In this document: in pieces, positions 1 through 9,053 of the stretch
Layout of the letters: each line of letters begins with the position of its first letter
Position numbering within the stretch: position 1 is the first letter of the stretch
From: Candidatus Multivoradales bacterium
GTDB taxonomy: Bacteria > Acidobacteriota > Thermoanaerobaculia > Multivoradales > J023
Length of the DNA stretch: 64,000 nucleotides
NCBI GenBank assembly: GCA_965248925.1
Contig: CBDFLE010000006.1
Coordinates: forward strand, 1,120,001-1,184,000
Reading direction: 5' to 3'
The notes under the pieces: generated by a model
Databases searched by the model: none
What the model saw: the letters and a program-made list of their open reading frames with translations, nothing else
What the model was told of the DNA's origin: nothing
Made by a program: the position numbers and the translations under genes

Positions 1-2
1 GG

Positions 3-929
3 CGGAGTATCGACATCGTCGAATTGGCCAGCGCCGAAAAAGTGCGCGGTGTTCACCGTCTGCTGCAGCTCCAACTCTCCAAATGGCCCCTAGGAGAAGC
101 CCGTCTGCGTCCCAACATCCCGTTGATCGCCGCCGCCACCAGCGCTCATCTGGGCGAGCTTTACCAGGCCCTGATCACCCCCCTCGCCCACCTGCTGGAG
201 GCCGGGCAGCAGCTGATCGTGGCACCGCACGGTTTCCTCCACTACGTGCCGTTTCACGCCCTCTACGATGGCCACGACCACTTGATCGACCATCACTCGA
301 TCTCCTACACACCGAGTGCTTCCGTTTTTCAGTTGGCGGCCCGCAAATCAGCCGCGGCCAACCAGCGGTCGCTGGTGCTCGGGATCGCTGACCAACAAAC
401 GCCGCACATTCTCGACGAGGCTCGCGCGGTTGCTTCCAGTCTGCCTCATTCGACCCTGTTGCTGGGTAGCGAGGCGAGCAGCTCGGCGCTGCGCCAGTTG
501 GGTCCCGGAAGCCGCTTCGTGCACATCGCCACCCACGGCCTCTACCGCCGGGACAATCCAATGTTCTCCGCCATTCAACTGGGCGATGGGCGACTCAGTT
601 TGTTCGATCTCTACGACCTCCAGCTAGACGCTGAGTTGGTGGCCTTGAGCGGCTGCGGTACCGGTCTGAACACCGTCCTCAGCGGCGAAGAGCTGGTCGG
701 TCTGACCCGCGGCCTGCTCTACGCTGGAGCCCAATCGGCGCTGGTCACTCTGTGGGATGTCCACGACGCTTCCACGGCTGATTTCATGCGCCGCTTCTAC
801 CGCCACTTGGGCAGCGGCAACGAACGTGCCGCCGCCCTGCGGCAGGCGATGCTGGAAACTCGCGAGCACCAGCAGCACCCCTACTATTGGGCGCCGTTCG
901 CCCTGGTGGGAAAGCCCGATGGCCGCTGA
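3..929 (+). CDS. CHAT domain (caspase-like) protease, 5'-truncated by the window edge
   Basis: Catalytic dyad motifs FVHIATHG and VALSGCGTG, plus LHYVPFHAL, LVTLWDV and HPYYWAPF; the frame is open to the window start. Confidence 0.93.
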   Translation, partial: RSIDIVELASAEKVRGVHRLLQLQLSKWPLGEARLRPNIPLIAAATSAHLGELYQALITPLAHLLEAGQQLIVAPHGFLHYVPFHALYDGHDHLIDHHSISYTPSASVFQLAARKSAAANQRSLVLGIADQQTPHILDEARAVASSLPHSTLLLGSEASSSALRQLGPGSRFVHIATHGLYRRDNPMFSAIQLGDGRLSLFDLYDLQLDAELVALSGCGTGLNTVLSGEELVGLTRGLLYAGAQSALVTLWDVHDASTADFMRRFYRHLGSGNERAAALRQAMLETREHQQHPYYWAPFALVGKPDGR

Positions 930-1020
930 ATGGACAAGAAAAGTTCTTAACGACTATATTTTTCGCCGGCCAGCATCACCCCCATACTAGGTAGAGGGAC
1001 TTTTCATAGGAGCGTTCTCG

Positions 1021-1644
1021 ATGTCCAAGCCTGACTTGGCAGAATGGTGTGACTACGTGCGAGGGGTGGGAGATCCGCAACGCAAGGAGCGTTTGAGTGA
1101 ACTGCTCGCCAGCGGGCCGGCTGCCGCCCGCGATACCATCGCGGCGTTCTCTCAGGTGTTGGCCACGGCCCGCGCCGACCAGCTGCAGGAGCCTCCGGCC
1201 TATGCTCTACGCTGCGCCTACTCGCTCTCAAGCACCCGCCCAAGCGGTCGTCGAGAGAGTGGCTTTACTGACCGCGCTTTCCAAGTCGTCTTCGACAGCC
1301 TGCGCGATGCTCTGCCGGCCGGTTCGCGACGGCTGCACAGCGCTCATCGCCAACTGGTTATCGAGTCGGCTGAGATTCAGCTCGACTTGAAAATCGAGCG
1401 CGAAACCGATCCCGGGCAAACCGTGGTGGTCGGCCAAGTCATCGACCGGCAAGACGGTGATCCGCGCCCCCTGCGGCAAGTACCAGTGCTGTTGTTCTCG
1501 GCAACACGGGTCGTCGGACGAGCCCTCTCAGGGCCCTTCGGGGAGTTTCAGGCGGATGGACTGCGAGAGGATCCGGTCAGCCTCTGCCTGTTGATCAGCG
1601 ACGATGAGCGACTACGAGTACCTCTCGACGAGGCTTTTGAATAG
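1021..1644 (+). CDS. Hypothetical protein with anti-sigma-like N-terminus and beta-rich C-terminal domain
   Basis: RBS AGGAG before the ATG; EWCDYVRG N-terminus resembles zf-HC2-type anti-sigma starts but lacks HxxxCxxC; lies between the CHAT and S8 genes. Confidence 0.6.
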   Translation: MSKPDLAEWCDYVRGVGDPQRKERLSELLASGPAAARDTIAAFSQVLATARADQLQEPPAYALRCAYSLSSTRPSGRRESGFTDRAFQVVFDSLRDALPAGSRRLHSAHRQLVIESAEIQLDLKIERETDPGQTVVVGQVIDRQDGDPRPLRQVPVLLFSATRVVGRALSGPFGEFQADGLREDPVSLCLLISDDERLRVPLDEAFE

Positions 1645-1662
1645 CGAGATGGAGGAACTGGG

Positions 1663-3123
1663 GTGTTTGAGCAATCGATCCATATTGAATCTCTCCGCGG
1701 TCTGAAGATCGCCCTGCTGCTGGCGGCGCTGGCGGGCACTGCCACCCTGGTAGAACCGACGCTCGCGGAGCCCGGCCAAGGCAACCACTTCGACCGCCGC
1801 AACCCGCAGGTCAACCAAGCCTTGCTACGTGCCGACGCCAGCCAGCATCAGGCGATCGCCGCGCAATACGGCCTCAGCATCGTTGGCCGGCACGGCGATC
1901 TAGCCCTGGTCGAAGGACCCGGCTCGATGACCGCCGAACAGCTGACCGAGCTGCTGACCGGCGACCCGCGCCTCACCGCCATCGAGCCGGCCCTGCAAGC
2001 GCGCTTGCCGGCAAGTGCTGACGGCGGGAGCGAACGCGAAGACAGCGGCAGTCTGGCGCCCGATTTGCTGCGCCTTGGCAGCGCCGCGACTCCATGCACC
2101 AGTCAACTGGTCAACACTCCGCTGTGGAGCGGCTACGCCGACCAAAGCGCCGGCGACAGGATCCATCTCGACGAGGCCCAACAAGCTGCCGCGGATTGCG
2201 GAGCCATCACCGTGGCGTTACTCGACACCGGGGTCGATCCCGACCACCCGGTCTTGCAAGGGGCATTGCTACCCGGCTTCGATTTTCTCAGCGACACTCC
2301 GGGGACGGCTTCTGAGTTTCTCGATCAATCCGTGATGCCCATTGTCGAACACACGTTGATTACCGTCGCCGGCATGTCCGCCGCTGCGGTGGCAGCGGGC
2401 AACGCCCAGCCCCTGGAACTCGGAACCACGATGGCGGTCTTGGTGGCCCCGAGCAGCGCCGCCCAGCTGAGTAGCCAAGACCTGCCAGCATTCTTCGGCC
2501 ATGGCACGATGGTCGCCGGCATTGTTCGGCTGACCGCTCCCGGCGCCCGGATTCTGCCGCTACGAGTGTTCAACAGCGAGGGTCAAGGGCACGTCTTCGA
2601 CATCGTCCGGGCGATCTACTACGCCGTTGCACAAGGCGCCGAAGTGATCAGCATGAGCTTCAGCGTCGCGGAGTCCTCGGCCGAGCTGCGGCGAGCGGTG
2701 CAGTACGCCCGCGGCCAGGGGGTGACCTGCGTTGCCGCGGCGGGCAACCAAGGAGAGCGCGTGCTGGTCTATCCAGCCGCCCTTGCCGACGCTATCGGCG
2801 TCACCTCGACGACCCAGAACGACCAGCTCAGTGGATTCTCGAACTTCGGCGCCGCGCTGGTTGACCTCTCCGCCCCGGGCTCGGCGGTGATCTCCACCTA
2901 TCCCGGCGGCCTCTACGCCGCCGGCTGGGGCACCTCATTCAGCACTCCATTCGTCGCCGGCACTTTGGCCCTGCTGCACAACCTGGTCGACCCAGGCCCC
3001 ACCGCTCGGCAGAGCCGGATCAACGCCCTGCTATCTGGAGCTGAACGCATACCTGGATTGGCGGGCGATATCGGCCGCGGTCGGCTCGATGCCCAAGCGG
3101 CGGTACTTGCCGCCAGTCCATAA
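1663..3123 (+). CDS. Secreted S8 (subtilisin-like) serine peptidase
   Basis: Triad motifs LLDTGVD, GHGTMVAG and GTSFSTP; oxyanion AAAGN; signal peptide; GGAGG RBS. Confidence 0.93.
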   Translation: MFEQSIHIESLRGLKIALLLAALAGTATLVEPTLAEPGQGNHFDRRNPQVNQALLRADASQHQAIAAQYGLSIVGRHGDLALVEGPGSMTAEQLTELLTGDPRLTAIEPALQARLPASADGGSEREDSGSLAPDLLRLGSAATPCTSQLVNTPLWSGYADQSAGDRIHLDEAQQAAADCGAITVALLDTGVDPDHPVLQGALLPGFDFLSDTPGTASEFLDQSVMPIVEHTLITVAGMSAAAVAAGNAQPLELGTTMAVLVAPSSAAQLSSQDLPAFFGHGTMVAGIVRLTAPGARILPLRVFNSEGQGHVFDIVRAIYYAVAQGAEVISMSFSVAESSAELRRAVQYARGQGVTCVAAAGNQGERVLVYPAALADAIGVTSTTQNDQLSGFSNFGAALVDLSAPGSAVISTYPGGLYAAGWGTSFSTPFVAGTLALLHNLVDPGPTARQSRINALLSGAERIPGLAGDIGRGRLDAQAAVLAASP

Positions 3124-3181
3124 GGCATCACCTCATGAGCGACCGTCCCCAGCCGAAGTAATGCTGGAGACGGTCGTTCGC

Positions 3182-3562
3182 TTACTCGCCGATCACTCCG
3201 CGCATCCACTCGGTCAGCTCGTGCTTGTCGCAGCGACTGGTTGCTACTCGCAAGGTGATCTCTTCAAGATCCTCGGGGGCCGGTAGTGGGTCAACGCCGT
3301 TGACTTCCAGAAACACTAGCGCAGCCAAGGCCGCGGCGCGCTTGTTGCCATCGTGAAAAGCGTGGTTCTTGGCAATGTGGAACAAGTAGGCAGCCGCCAT
3401 GGCGGCCACTCCATCGTGCAAGCATTGGCCACCGAACTGCTGCTGCGGCATCAATACGGCAGACTCCAACAGTCCCGGATCCCGCAGCCCGGCCAGCCCT
3501 CCCTCACGGGCGATTGTGTTCTCTTGGATGAGAAGGACGTCCACGACACTGAGGAAGCGCAT
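3182..3562 (-). CDS. doc: Fic/Doc family toxin (death-on-curing)
   Basis: Fic motif HAFHDGNKR and GLRDPGLLESA; ATG at 3562 directly follows the antitoxin stop. Confidence 0.93.
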   Translation of the reverse strand: MRFLSVVDVLLIQENTIAREGGLAGLRDPGLLESAVLMPQQQFGGQCLHDGVAAMAAAYLFHIAKNHAFHDGNKRAAALAALVFLEVNGVDPLPAPEDLEEITLRVATSRCDKHELTEWMRGVIGE

Positions 3563-3563
3563 T

Positions 3564-3791
3564 TCACTCAGCCAACCGCTGCAACATCTTGGAATACCGA
3601 GGCCGAAGCTTAGCCAGAGATTCCTCGACTCTCTCGCGTCCAATTCCTACTTCGACCGGGGTCATGATCAACGAGTTGCCACTGATCGAAATCTGTAGAG
3701 GACTGTTCGCTTGGATACCTATCGCTTCCATCAGCGGCTTGTCGATCACCAATGCGTGGCTGTTGCCGTGCTTCTTGAGTGTCTTGACCAT
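3564..3791 (-). CDS. AbrB/MazE-type antitoxin
   Basis: 75 aa, MVKTLKKHGNSHALVIDK (swapped-hairpin motif); AGGAGG RBS; upstream of doc. Confidence 0.88.
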   Translation of the reverse strand: MVKTLKKHGNSHALVIDKPLMEAIGIQANSPLQISISGNSLIMTPVEVGIGRERVEESLAKLRPRYSKMLQRLAE

Positions 3792-3808
3792 GGGCGCCTC
3801 CTTGTTAG

Positions 3809-3841
3809 TACAATGTTGTAACGCCTGCACAGCTCTGTCAA
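3809..3841 (-). promoter_or_regulatory. TA operon promoter with palindromic operator
   Basis: TTGACA at 3841-3836 on the minus strand; inverted repeat TACAA-TG-TTGTA at 3809-3820 over the expected -10 region. Confidence 0.6.
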
Positions 3842-3980
3842 GTGCCACCACGGCTGCTGTGGCGACTTTCACAGCGGAACATCGCCTCCGCTTCGCCCCA
3901 CAGTCGCCACAGTCGGCCCCAGTCTCGCCCTGAAGGCTTGCCAGCCTACGGTTCTCGCGCCACACCGGCGCCGCACAACC

Positions 3981-5447
3981 GTGGAGGATCTCATGCTGGT
4001 ATTGCTCACCCTCATCCTGCTTGCTGCCGTCGTTGGCATGGCGGTGTACTTCGGCTCGATGGACGCGGATCTCAGACTTCAACGTTGGCTCCGCTTGAGC
4101 CAATCCCTGACCCTGCGCTTCGCCCTGGTGGCCACCCTGACACTGGTTTCGCTGATCCCCCTCCAACTGGTCAAGTCGGTGGTCGGCGAGCGGGCCGGGC
4201 GTTACCATGGAGTGCTGAGCGAGATCGCCAAGACCTGGGGGCAGGCCCAGACCTTGACCGGCCCACTGCTCATCGTTCCTTACGAATACCAGGAGATTCG
4301 CCGGACTCCCTTCGAGAAAAAAGACGGAACTATCGAAGAACGGGTAAAGAACATCACCCATCAAGACCGGGCGGTCTTCCTCCCCAACTTGGTCGACATC
4401 ACCAACTCGATCGAGCCACAGTTCCGTCATCGTGGGATCTACAGCTCGTTGGTCTATCGCGCGGCGGTCGAGCTGAAGGGACATTTCGCCGCGCCCGACT
4501 TCTCACGCTTCGACAAAACACCGACCCGCATCGACTGGGATGGCGCCTACCTCAGCCTCGGCCTCAGCGACACTGGAGCGATCGACGGCGCGGCCACCTT
4601 GACTTGGAACACGCGCCAGGTCGGCTTCTCGCCCGGAGCGCGCTACGACGACCTCCTATGCTGCGGCCTGCACGCCGAGCTGGGCCAGTTGCTGGCGGCG
4701 GAAGAAGCGGGTGAGTTCTCGATCTCCTTGCAGCTCAGAGGCTCCGACAGCTTCTTCTTCACCCCCGTCGGCCGCCAGACCCACGCCAAGGTCACCTCCC
4801 CATGGCCCGACCCCAGCTTCAGTGGCGCCATCCTGCCCACCGACTATGAGACCGGTGCCCAAGGCTTCAGCGCCGAGTGGAGCATCCCTCACCTGACCCG
4901 CGCCTATCCCCAGACCTGGACCGTCGAGCACAGCCAACCGGACAAGTCGTCGATCAAATGCTCGAACACCGGCGTCAAGCTCTTCGAGCCGGTCGACTTC
5001 TACCTCACCTCTCAGCGAGCGATCAAATACGCCGTCTTGTTCATCGGCTTGACCTTCCTCGCCCTCTTCCTCTTCGAGCACGCCCTCGGCGTCCGCCTGA
5101 GCGTCATTCAATACGCCTTGGTGGGCAGCGCCCTGGCCCTGTTCTACTTGCTGCTGATCTCAATGGCCGAGCACATCGGCTTCTTCGCCGCCTACCTGGC
5201 TGCGGCCAGCGCGGTGGTGGTGATCGTCGGCCTCTACGCCAAGGCGGCACTGCGCAACAGCGCCCGGGGGCTAGCCATGGGCGCCGTGCTGGCGGCTATC
5301 TATTCCCTGTTCTACATCCTGCTGCAACAGCAAGACTATGCTCTGTTGTTGGGTTCGCTGCTGCTTCTGGCCGTGCTCGCCCTGACCATGTTCCTGACCC
5401 GCAAACTCAGTCGGGAGAGGGGAGAGAGGGGAGAGGTGGTGAGTTGA
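3981..5447 (+). CDS. creD: Inner membrane protein CreD
   Basis: WGQAQTLTGP, RGIY, FSGAILP, GFSAEW, RAIKYAVLFI and QYALVG motifs; C-terminal TM bundle. Confidence 0.9.
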   Translation: MEDLMLVLLTLILLAAVVGMAVYFGSMDADLRLQRWLRLSQSLTLRFALVATLTLVSLIPLQLVKSVVGERAGRYHGVLSEIAKTWGQAQTLTGPLLIVPYEYQEIRRTPFEKKDGTIEERVKNITHQDRAVFLPNLVDITNSIEPQFRHRGIYSSLVYRAAVELKGHFAAPDFSRFDKTPTRIDWDGAYLSLGLSDTGAIDGAATLTWNTRQVGFSPGARYDDLLCCGLHAELGQLLAAEEAGEFSISLQLRGSDSFFFTPVGRQTHAKVTSPWPDPSFSGAILPTDYETGAQGFSAEWSIPHLTRAYPQTWTVEHSQPDKSSIKCSNTGVKLFEPVDFYLTSQRAIKYAVLFIGLTFLALFLFEHALGVRLSVIQYALVGSALALFYLLLISMAEHIGFFAAYLAAASAVVVIVGLYAKAALRNSARGLAMGAVLAAIYSLFYILLQQQDYALLLGSLLLLAVLALTMFLTRKLSRERGERGEVVS

Positions 5448-5469
5448 CGCTCACCAAGAACTCTCTGAG

Positions 5470-8400
5470 TCACTTCCCTTTCTGCAAGTTCGGAATGTCA
5501 TCGTCATTGATGACAAGAGTCTGAGCAGAAAAAATCGGAGTACCGTTCTTGCAGTTCCTGAACCTCTGCTTGGCAGGTTCTCTTTTTTCGACGACTACCT
5601 TCCAGGCCCTGAGGGTAACCTTCTTTGGAATGAATCGCACCAACTCGATCGGCTCGGGCGCACGACCGTACTCAACCGTGACTTTATAGTGAATCGGCTC
5701 ATTATAGCGATAGATCTGCTCGGAAACCAACCTCTCAAAGGGCCTCATCGAGCGATTGTGATCGCCCGTGTTGAAGAACCCTGGAACGATCATGAGATTT
5801 TGCTTGAACCCCGGACCATGGAGATGCTTAGCGAGAAGATGCGCACGGTGACACTTGCGGGTATCCCCCGAAACTATTCGTTCGTTCAACGCACCCACCG
5901 GAGCACCGAGAGCTACGGGTCGAGACTCGTGTAGGGACCCTGGTCCGAAAGCAACAATCGCATCCATTTCGGTTCCACCGTAGTCTCCGCCATCGAATTC
6001 CGCAATGCTGTGATAGACGGGGCGCTTTCCTTGATTCAATCTCTCGACGAGCCAATGCATGATCTTCGTAATCCGGCCACCCTGATATCGTATATTAGCG
6101 TAACCGCGAGCGGATTTCTCCAATTTTTGAATATCGACAATATTTGCCACCGCTCTGTAGAGGAACTCAGACTCGTCTGAAGGCACATTGCCGTCGATGT
6201 ATTTTCGAATATTCAAAGTCCGACTATTGACGATCAACTGCCCGCTATGCTGAAAGCTCAAATGGTGACGCTCGCCATCCCGCTCAAATGGCAAGCTAAG
6301 ATCGCGCCACGCTCCAGGGGTAGACGACACCTGTTGCTTGTCCTCGGGAGCGTTCTTTTTCTTCTTCGACAGCCCGAGCATAGCCGCCGCCCGTTCGAGG
6401 AGCCATTGCACCATGTCCTGGACTTTTCCACCCACCGTCCCGATCGCTTTGCGCAGCGCCTTGCCGAAGCCGGAACCGAGCACCATGCCGCCGGCAAGAC
6501 CGATCAGCACCGGCACCACCCCCCGCACCGCGTTGTAGATCGCCTGGGCGGCGGGCTCGACCTTCTCTTCGACCACCAGCTTGACGCTGTCGAGCATCTT
6601 GTCGACCACCGAGCCGAGGCGATCGGCCCAGCCGAGCAACATTTGCACCACCCCCCACAGGCTCTTGAGCGCGGTCACTATTCCCAGACCGGGTATCAAT
6701 ATCTTTCCCAGCCGTACCAGCAAGGGTTGCAGCACACTGTCGATGATCCATCCACGCAGGGTCTCGATCACCGTCGTCTTGATCTCACCCAGCTTGGCGG
6801 TGGCGGAGTCGAGCAAGGCGCTGGTGCCGCCCTCGAACATCGGCAACAGCTCACCGACGATGGCCTCCGCCCGATCGACCTTGCCGGCGCCCACCACCTT
6901 GACGGCGATCGCCCGCAGCCCGTTGTAACCCAGGCCAAGCACTTGCAGCAGGAGACCGGCGATCGAACGTAGGTTCCACACCCTAGGCAGGGTGATGCGA
7001 TCCTTGGCAAGAGCGCCCGTGAGGAAACCGGCGAGACCGCCGACCAGCATACCGCCGAGGTTCTCCCGCACCAGCTTGAAGGCACGGACCAAAGCCTTGC
7101 CGAAATAAGACGCCACCTTGCCCGGCTGCTTGATCAGCTTGCTCAGCGCGCCGCCGCCTGCCTTGTGGAAAGGCGCCAGGAGCTTGTCGACATCGATACC
7201 GAGACCGCGGGCAATTCTCTTGAAGCCAGCCACGGCGAGATCCAAGAGGCGCCCGGCAAAAGATGAGAGCAACCCCTCCCGCTTGGCCACCGGGGTGGAG
7301 CGAATCGCCTTGCTGCTCGCCGCCCGCAGCTCACCAGCATCGCGCTCACTGGCATCGTTGTAGATCGCCTCCCGTGCCTGACGCAGACCCTCCTCCGCCC
7401 GACGCTCTGCTTTGTTGTCGGCCTTGTGCTGCTCCAGCTTGGCCTGGATGGCGAAGACCAGGCGTACTCGGTCTTCGATCGCCGCATGGCGCGGGACCCC
7501 ATCACCCCAATAACGCTTATGTTGCAAGGCCTCGACCGTGCGCTGCGCCTCCTCAAGCCCGCAGGCGTCCTTCGCCAGCCGACCCAGCACCCAGCCATGG
7601 AGGTCGCGGTGAAACCACGCGACGTTCGACGCCCACCGTTCAAGCTGCTGGCGTTCCTTCTTCGGCGAGTGAGCAACAATCGTCGCTACCGCGCCGCTCG
7701 CCTCGGCCGCCCTGGCGGCGACGATCAGATCGACCCGCTGCGCTGAGGATGCCGCGGCCACCAGCCGTGGCGCCGCGGGGGATTGCATCGCCAAAGCCAC
7801 CGCCTCCCCCGCTTTCCGCGACGGCCCGAAGGCCCGCACCACGGCATGCAGCTGCCCGAGCGTGGCATCGAATTGAGCCAGCTCGATCGCCTCCGCGGTC
7901 TCCGCGGTGTCGGTGCCGCCAGCGGTGTTGGCCACCGAATTACCATAAATGAGCCGATAGCCGTGGAGCAGAGTTCGGTACTCGGCAGGCAACTCCGCCT
8001 GCTGCTGCGCAGACCACCTATTATCGAACTCCGCCAGGCGTGCCACCGCGTCACCTCCCGCGGCGAGATCGCGACGCAAGACATCGATGTCATTGAGGAG
8101 AAAAGGTACCTTGTAGGCTGCGTCTCGGGCTACCCGATCACCTTGGAGACTCTGGGCAATCCAGGCGTGACCGTCTACGTTCCACACCACGCCATAAAGA
8201 AAAATCAATCCCTGTCGCGCCGCTTCGGGCAAGCTCTTAGCCATGGCCGCGATAGCGCCTTGCCGAGGGGCCAAGCGGCTGACCACCAGATCGACCGCGC
8301 GACCGGAGGTGAGGCGGGCCAGAGCGGCCTGCCGGGCCAGGGCGCCGATCCACAGGGCCAATTCCGACGCCTGCGTTGTAGGCTCTTCGCTTTCACGCTG

Positions 8401-8598
8401 AATGGGCTGGCCCAAAGTTCCTCGTAAGGACAGCACTTGGCTGAAAGTCAGGCCGAGGTTTCGTGCCCTGGCGAGCCTCTTCTCCGACCAGACGGCAGCC
8501 GGTTCGGAGCCCTTCTCTTGCAGCTCTAGAACACGCTGAACGGCCTGCCCAGAAGTGGGCAGTGCAGGACGAGGACTTCTGCATTGGCGATCCATCAT
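5470..8598 (-). CDS. Large polymorphic-toxin-like protein with C-terminal DNA/RNA non-specific (His-Me finger) endonuclease
   Basis: C-terminal HRAHLLAKHLHGPG..NL..N motif; central Gly/Ala/Leu amphipathic region (FLTGAL..LPRVWNLRSIAGLLLQVLGL) like eCIS-associated effectors; IQR motif; C-terminal ~800 bp visibly lower in GC. Confidence 0.7.
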   Translation of the reverse strand: MMDRQCRSPRPALPTSGQAVQRVLELQEKGSEPAAVWSEKRLARARNLGLTFSQVLSLRGTLGQPIQRESEEPTTQASELALWIGALARQAALARLTSGRAVDLVVSRLAPRQGAIAAMAKSLPEAARQGLIFLYGVVWNVDGHAWIAQSLQGDRVARDAAYKVPFLLNDIDVLRRDLAAGGDAVARLAEFDNRWSAQQQAELPAEYRTLLHGYRLIYGNSVANTAGGTDTAETAEAIELAQFDATLGQLHAVVRAFGPSRKAGEAVALAMQSPAAPRLVAAASSAQRVDLIVAARAAEASGAVATIVAHSPKKERQQLERWASNVAWFHRDLHGWVLGRLAKDACGLEEAQRTVEALQHKRYWGDGVPRHAAIEDRVRLVFAIQAKLEQHKADNKAERRAEEGLRQAREAIYNDASERDAGELRAASSKAIRSTPVAKREGLLSSFAGRLLDLAVAGFKRIARGLGIDVDKLLAPFHKAGGGALSKLIKQPGKVASYFGKALVRAFKLVRENLGGMLVGGLAGFLTGALAKDRITLPRVWNLRSIAGLLLQVLGLGYNGLRAIAVKVVGAGKVDRAEAIVGELLPMFEGGTSALLDSATAKLGEIKTTVIETLRGWIIDSVLQPLLVRLGKILIPGLGIVTALKSLWGVVQMLLGWADRLGSVVDKMLDSVKLVVEEKVEPAAQAIYNAVRGVVPVLIGLAGGMVLGSGFGKALRKAIGTVGGKVQDMVQWLLERAAAMLGLSKKKKNAPEDKQQVSSTPGAWRDLSLPFERDGERHHLSFQHSGQLIVNSRTLNIRKYIDGNVPSDESEFLYRAVANIVDIQKLEKSARGYANIRYQGGRITKIMHWLVERLNQGKRPVYHSIAEFDGGDYGGTEMDAIVAFGPGSLHESRPVALGAPVGALNERIVSGDTRKCHRAHLLAKHLHGPGFKQNLMIVPGFFNTGDHNRSMRPFERLVSEQIYRYNEPIHYKVTVEYGRAPEPIELVRFIPKKVTLRAWKVVVEKREPAKQRFRNCKNGTPIFSAQTLVINDDDIPNLQKGK

Positions 8599-8735
8599 GG
8601 CGCGTCAAACCAAGCAATGCTGGGCCAGGGACGATTGAGATAAGGGGCAATTCTACAAGAGACTTAGGGTAACTCGCAAGAGATCGCTGTGACTAGATCC
8701 CCACTTCGCTGCCCAGCCCCAAAAGGACCGAGCTG
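8541..8735. repeat. Diverged ~195-bp direct repeat, copy 1 (toxin promoter and 5' end)
   Basis: Aligns with 10766-10960; identical 28-mer ACAAGAGACTTAGGGTAACTCGCAAGAG at 8655-8682 and 10880-10907. Confidence 0.9.
8650..8679 (-). promoter_or_regulatory. Sigma70-like promoter of the toxin gene
   Basis: TTGCGA-N18-TAGAAT on the minus strand, about 50 bp upstream of the ATG at 8598. Confidence 0.55.
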
Positions 8736-8750
8736 TTCCGCCGCGCTGCC

Positions 8751-8990
8751 ATGGTTGCGCTAGGTGTCACCCTAGCCATCGGCGGCTGGCTGGCTCAGCA
8801 CCACCTGGTGCGCGAGCGCATCGCCGCAACCGAGAAAGAAGTCTCGGAGTTGCTCATCGGCAAGCCGGCTCCAGTCCTCAGCGGGCTCGAGCCTTTGAAC
8901 ACCGAGCCGGCGGTCCTCGAGGAGGCCGCCGTCTACCGCGGCTACCAAGTGAGATCGGTACCCAGCACCGCTTTGATCGAGGGAACAAAC
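8751..8990 (+). pseudogene. TlpA/redoxin family remnant lacking the CxxC core
   Basis: TM anchor and LIGKPAP are joined almost directly to YQVRSVPSTALI (cis-Pro loop); the WCxxC segment is absent. Confidence 0.55.
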
Positions 8991-9053
8991 AGCTGGAGAG
9001 TCAGGAAAGCGAGGGCAAGGGAGATCTATGTTCGGATCTTCATTCAGAGATTC

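Noticed and set aside
3564-4484. 306-aa ORF as a single gene
   Set aside because: Most of it is antisense to creD; only the last 75 aa, with their own AGGAGG RBS, form the antitoxin.
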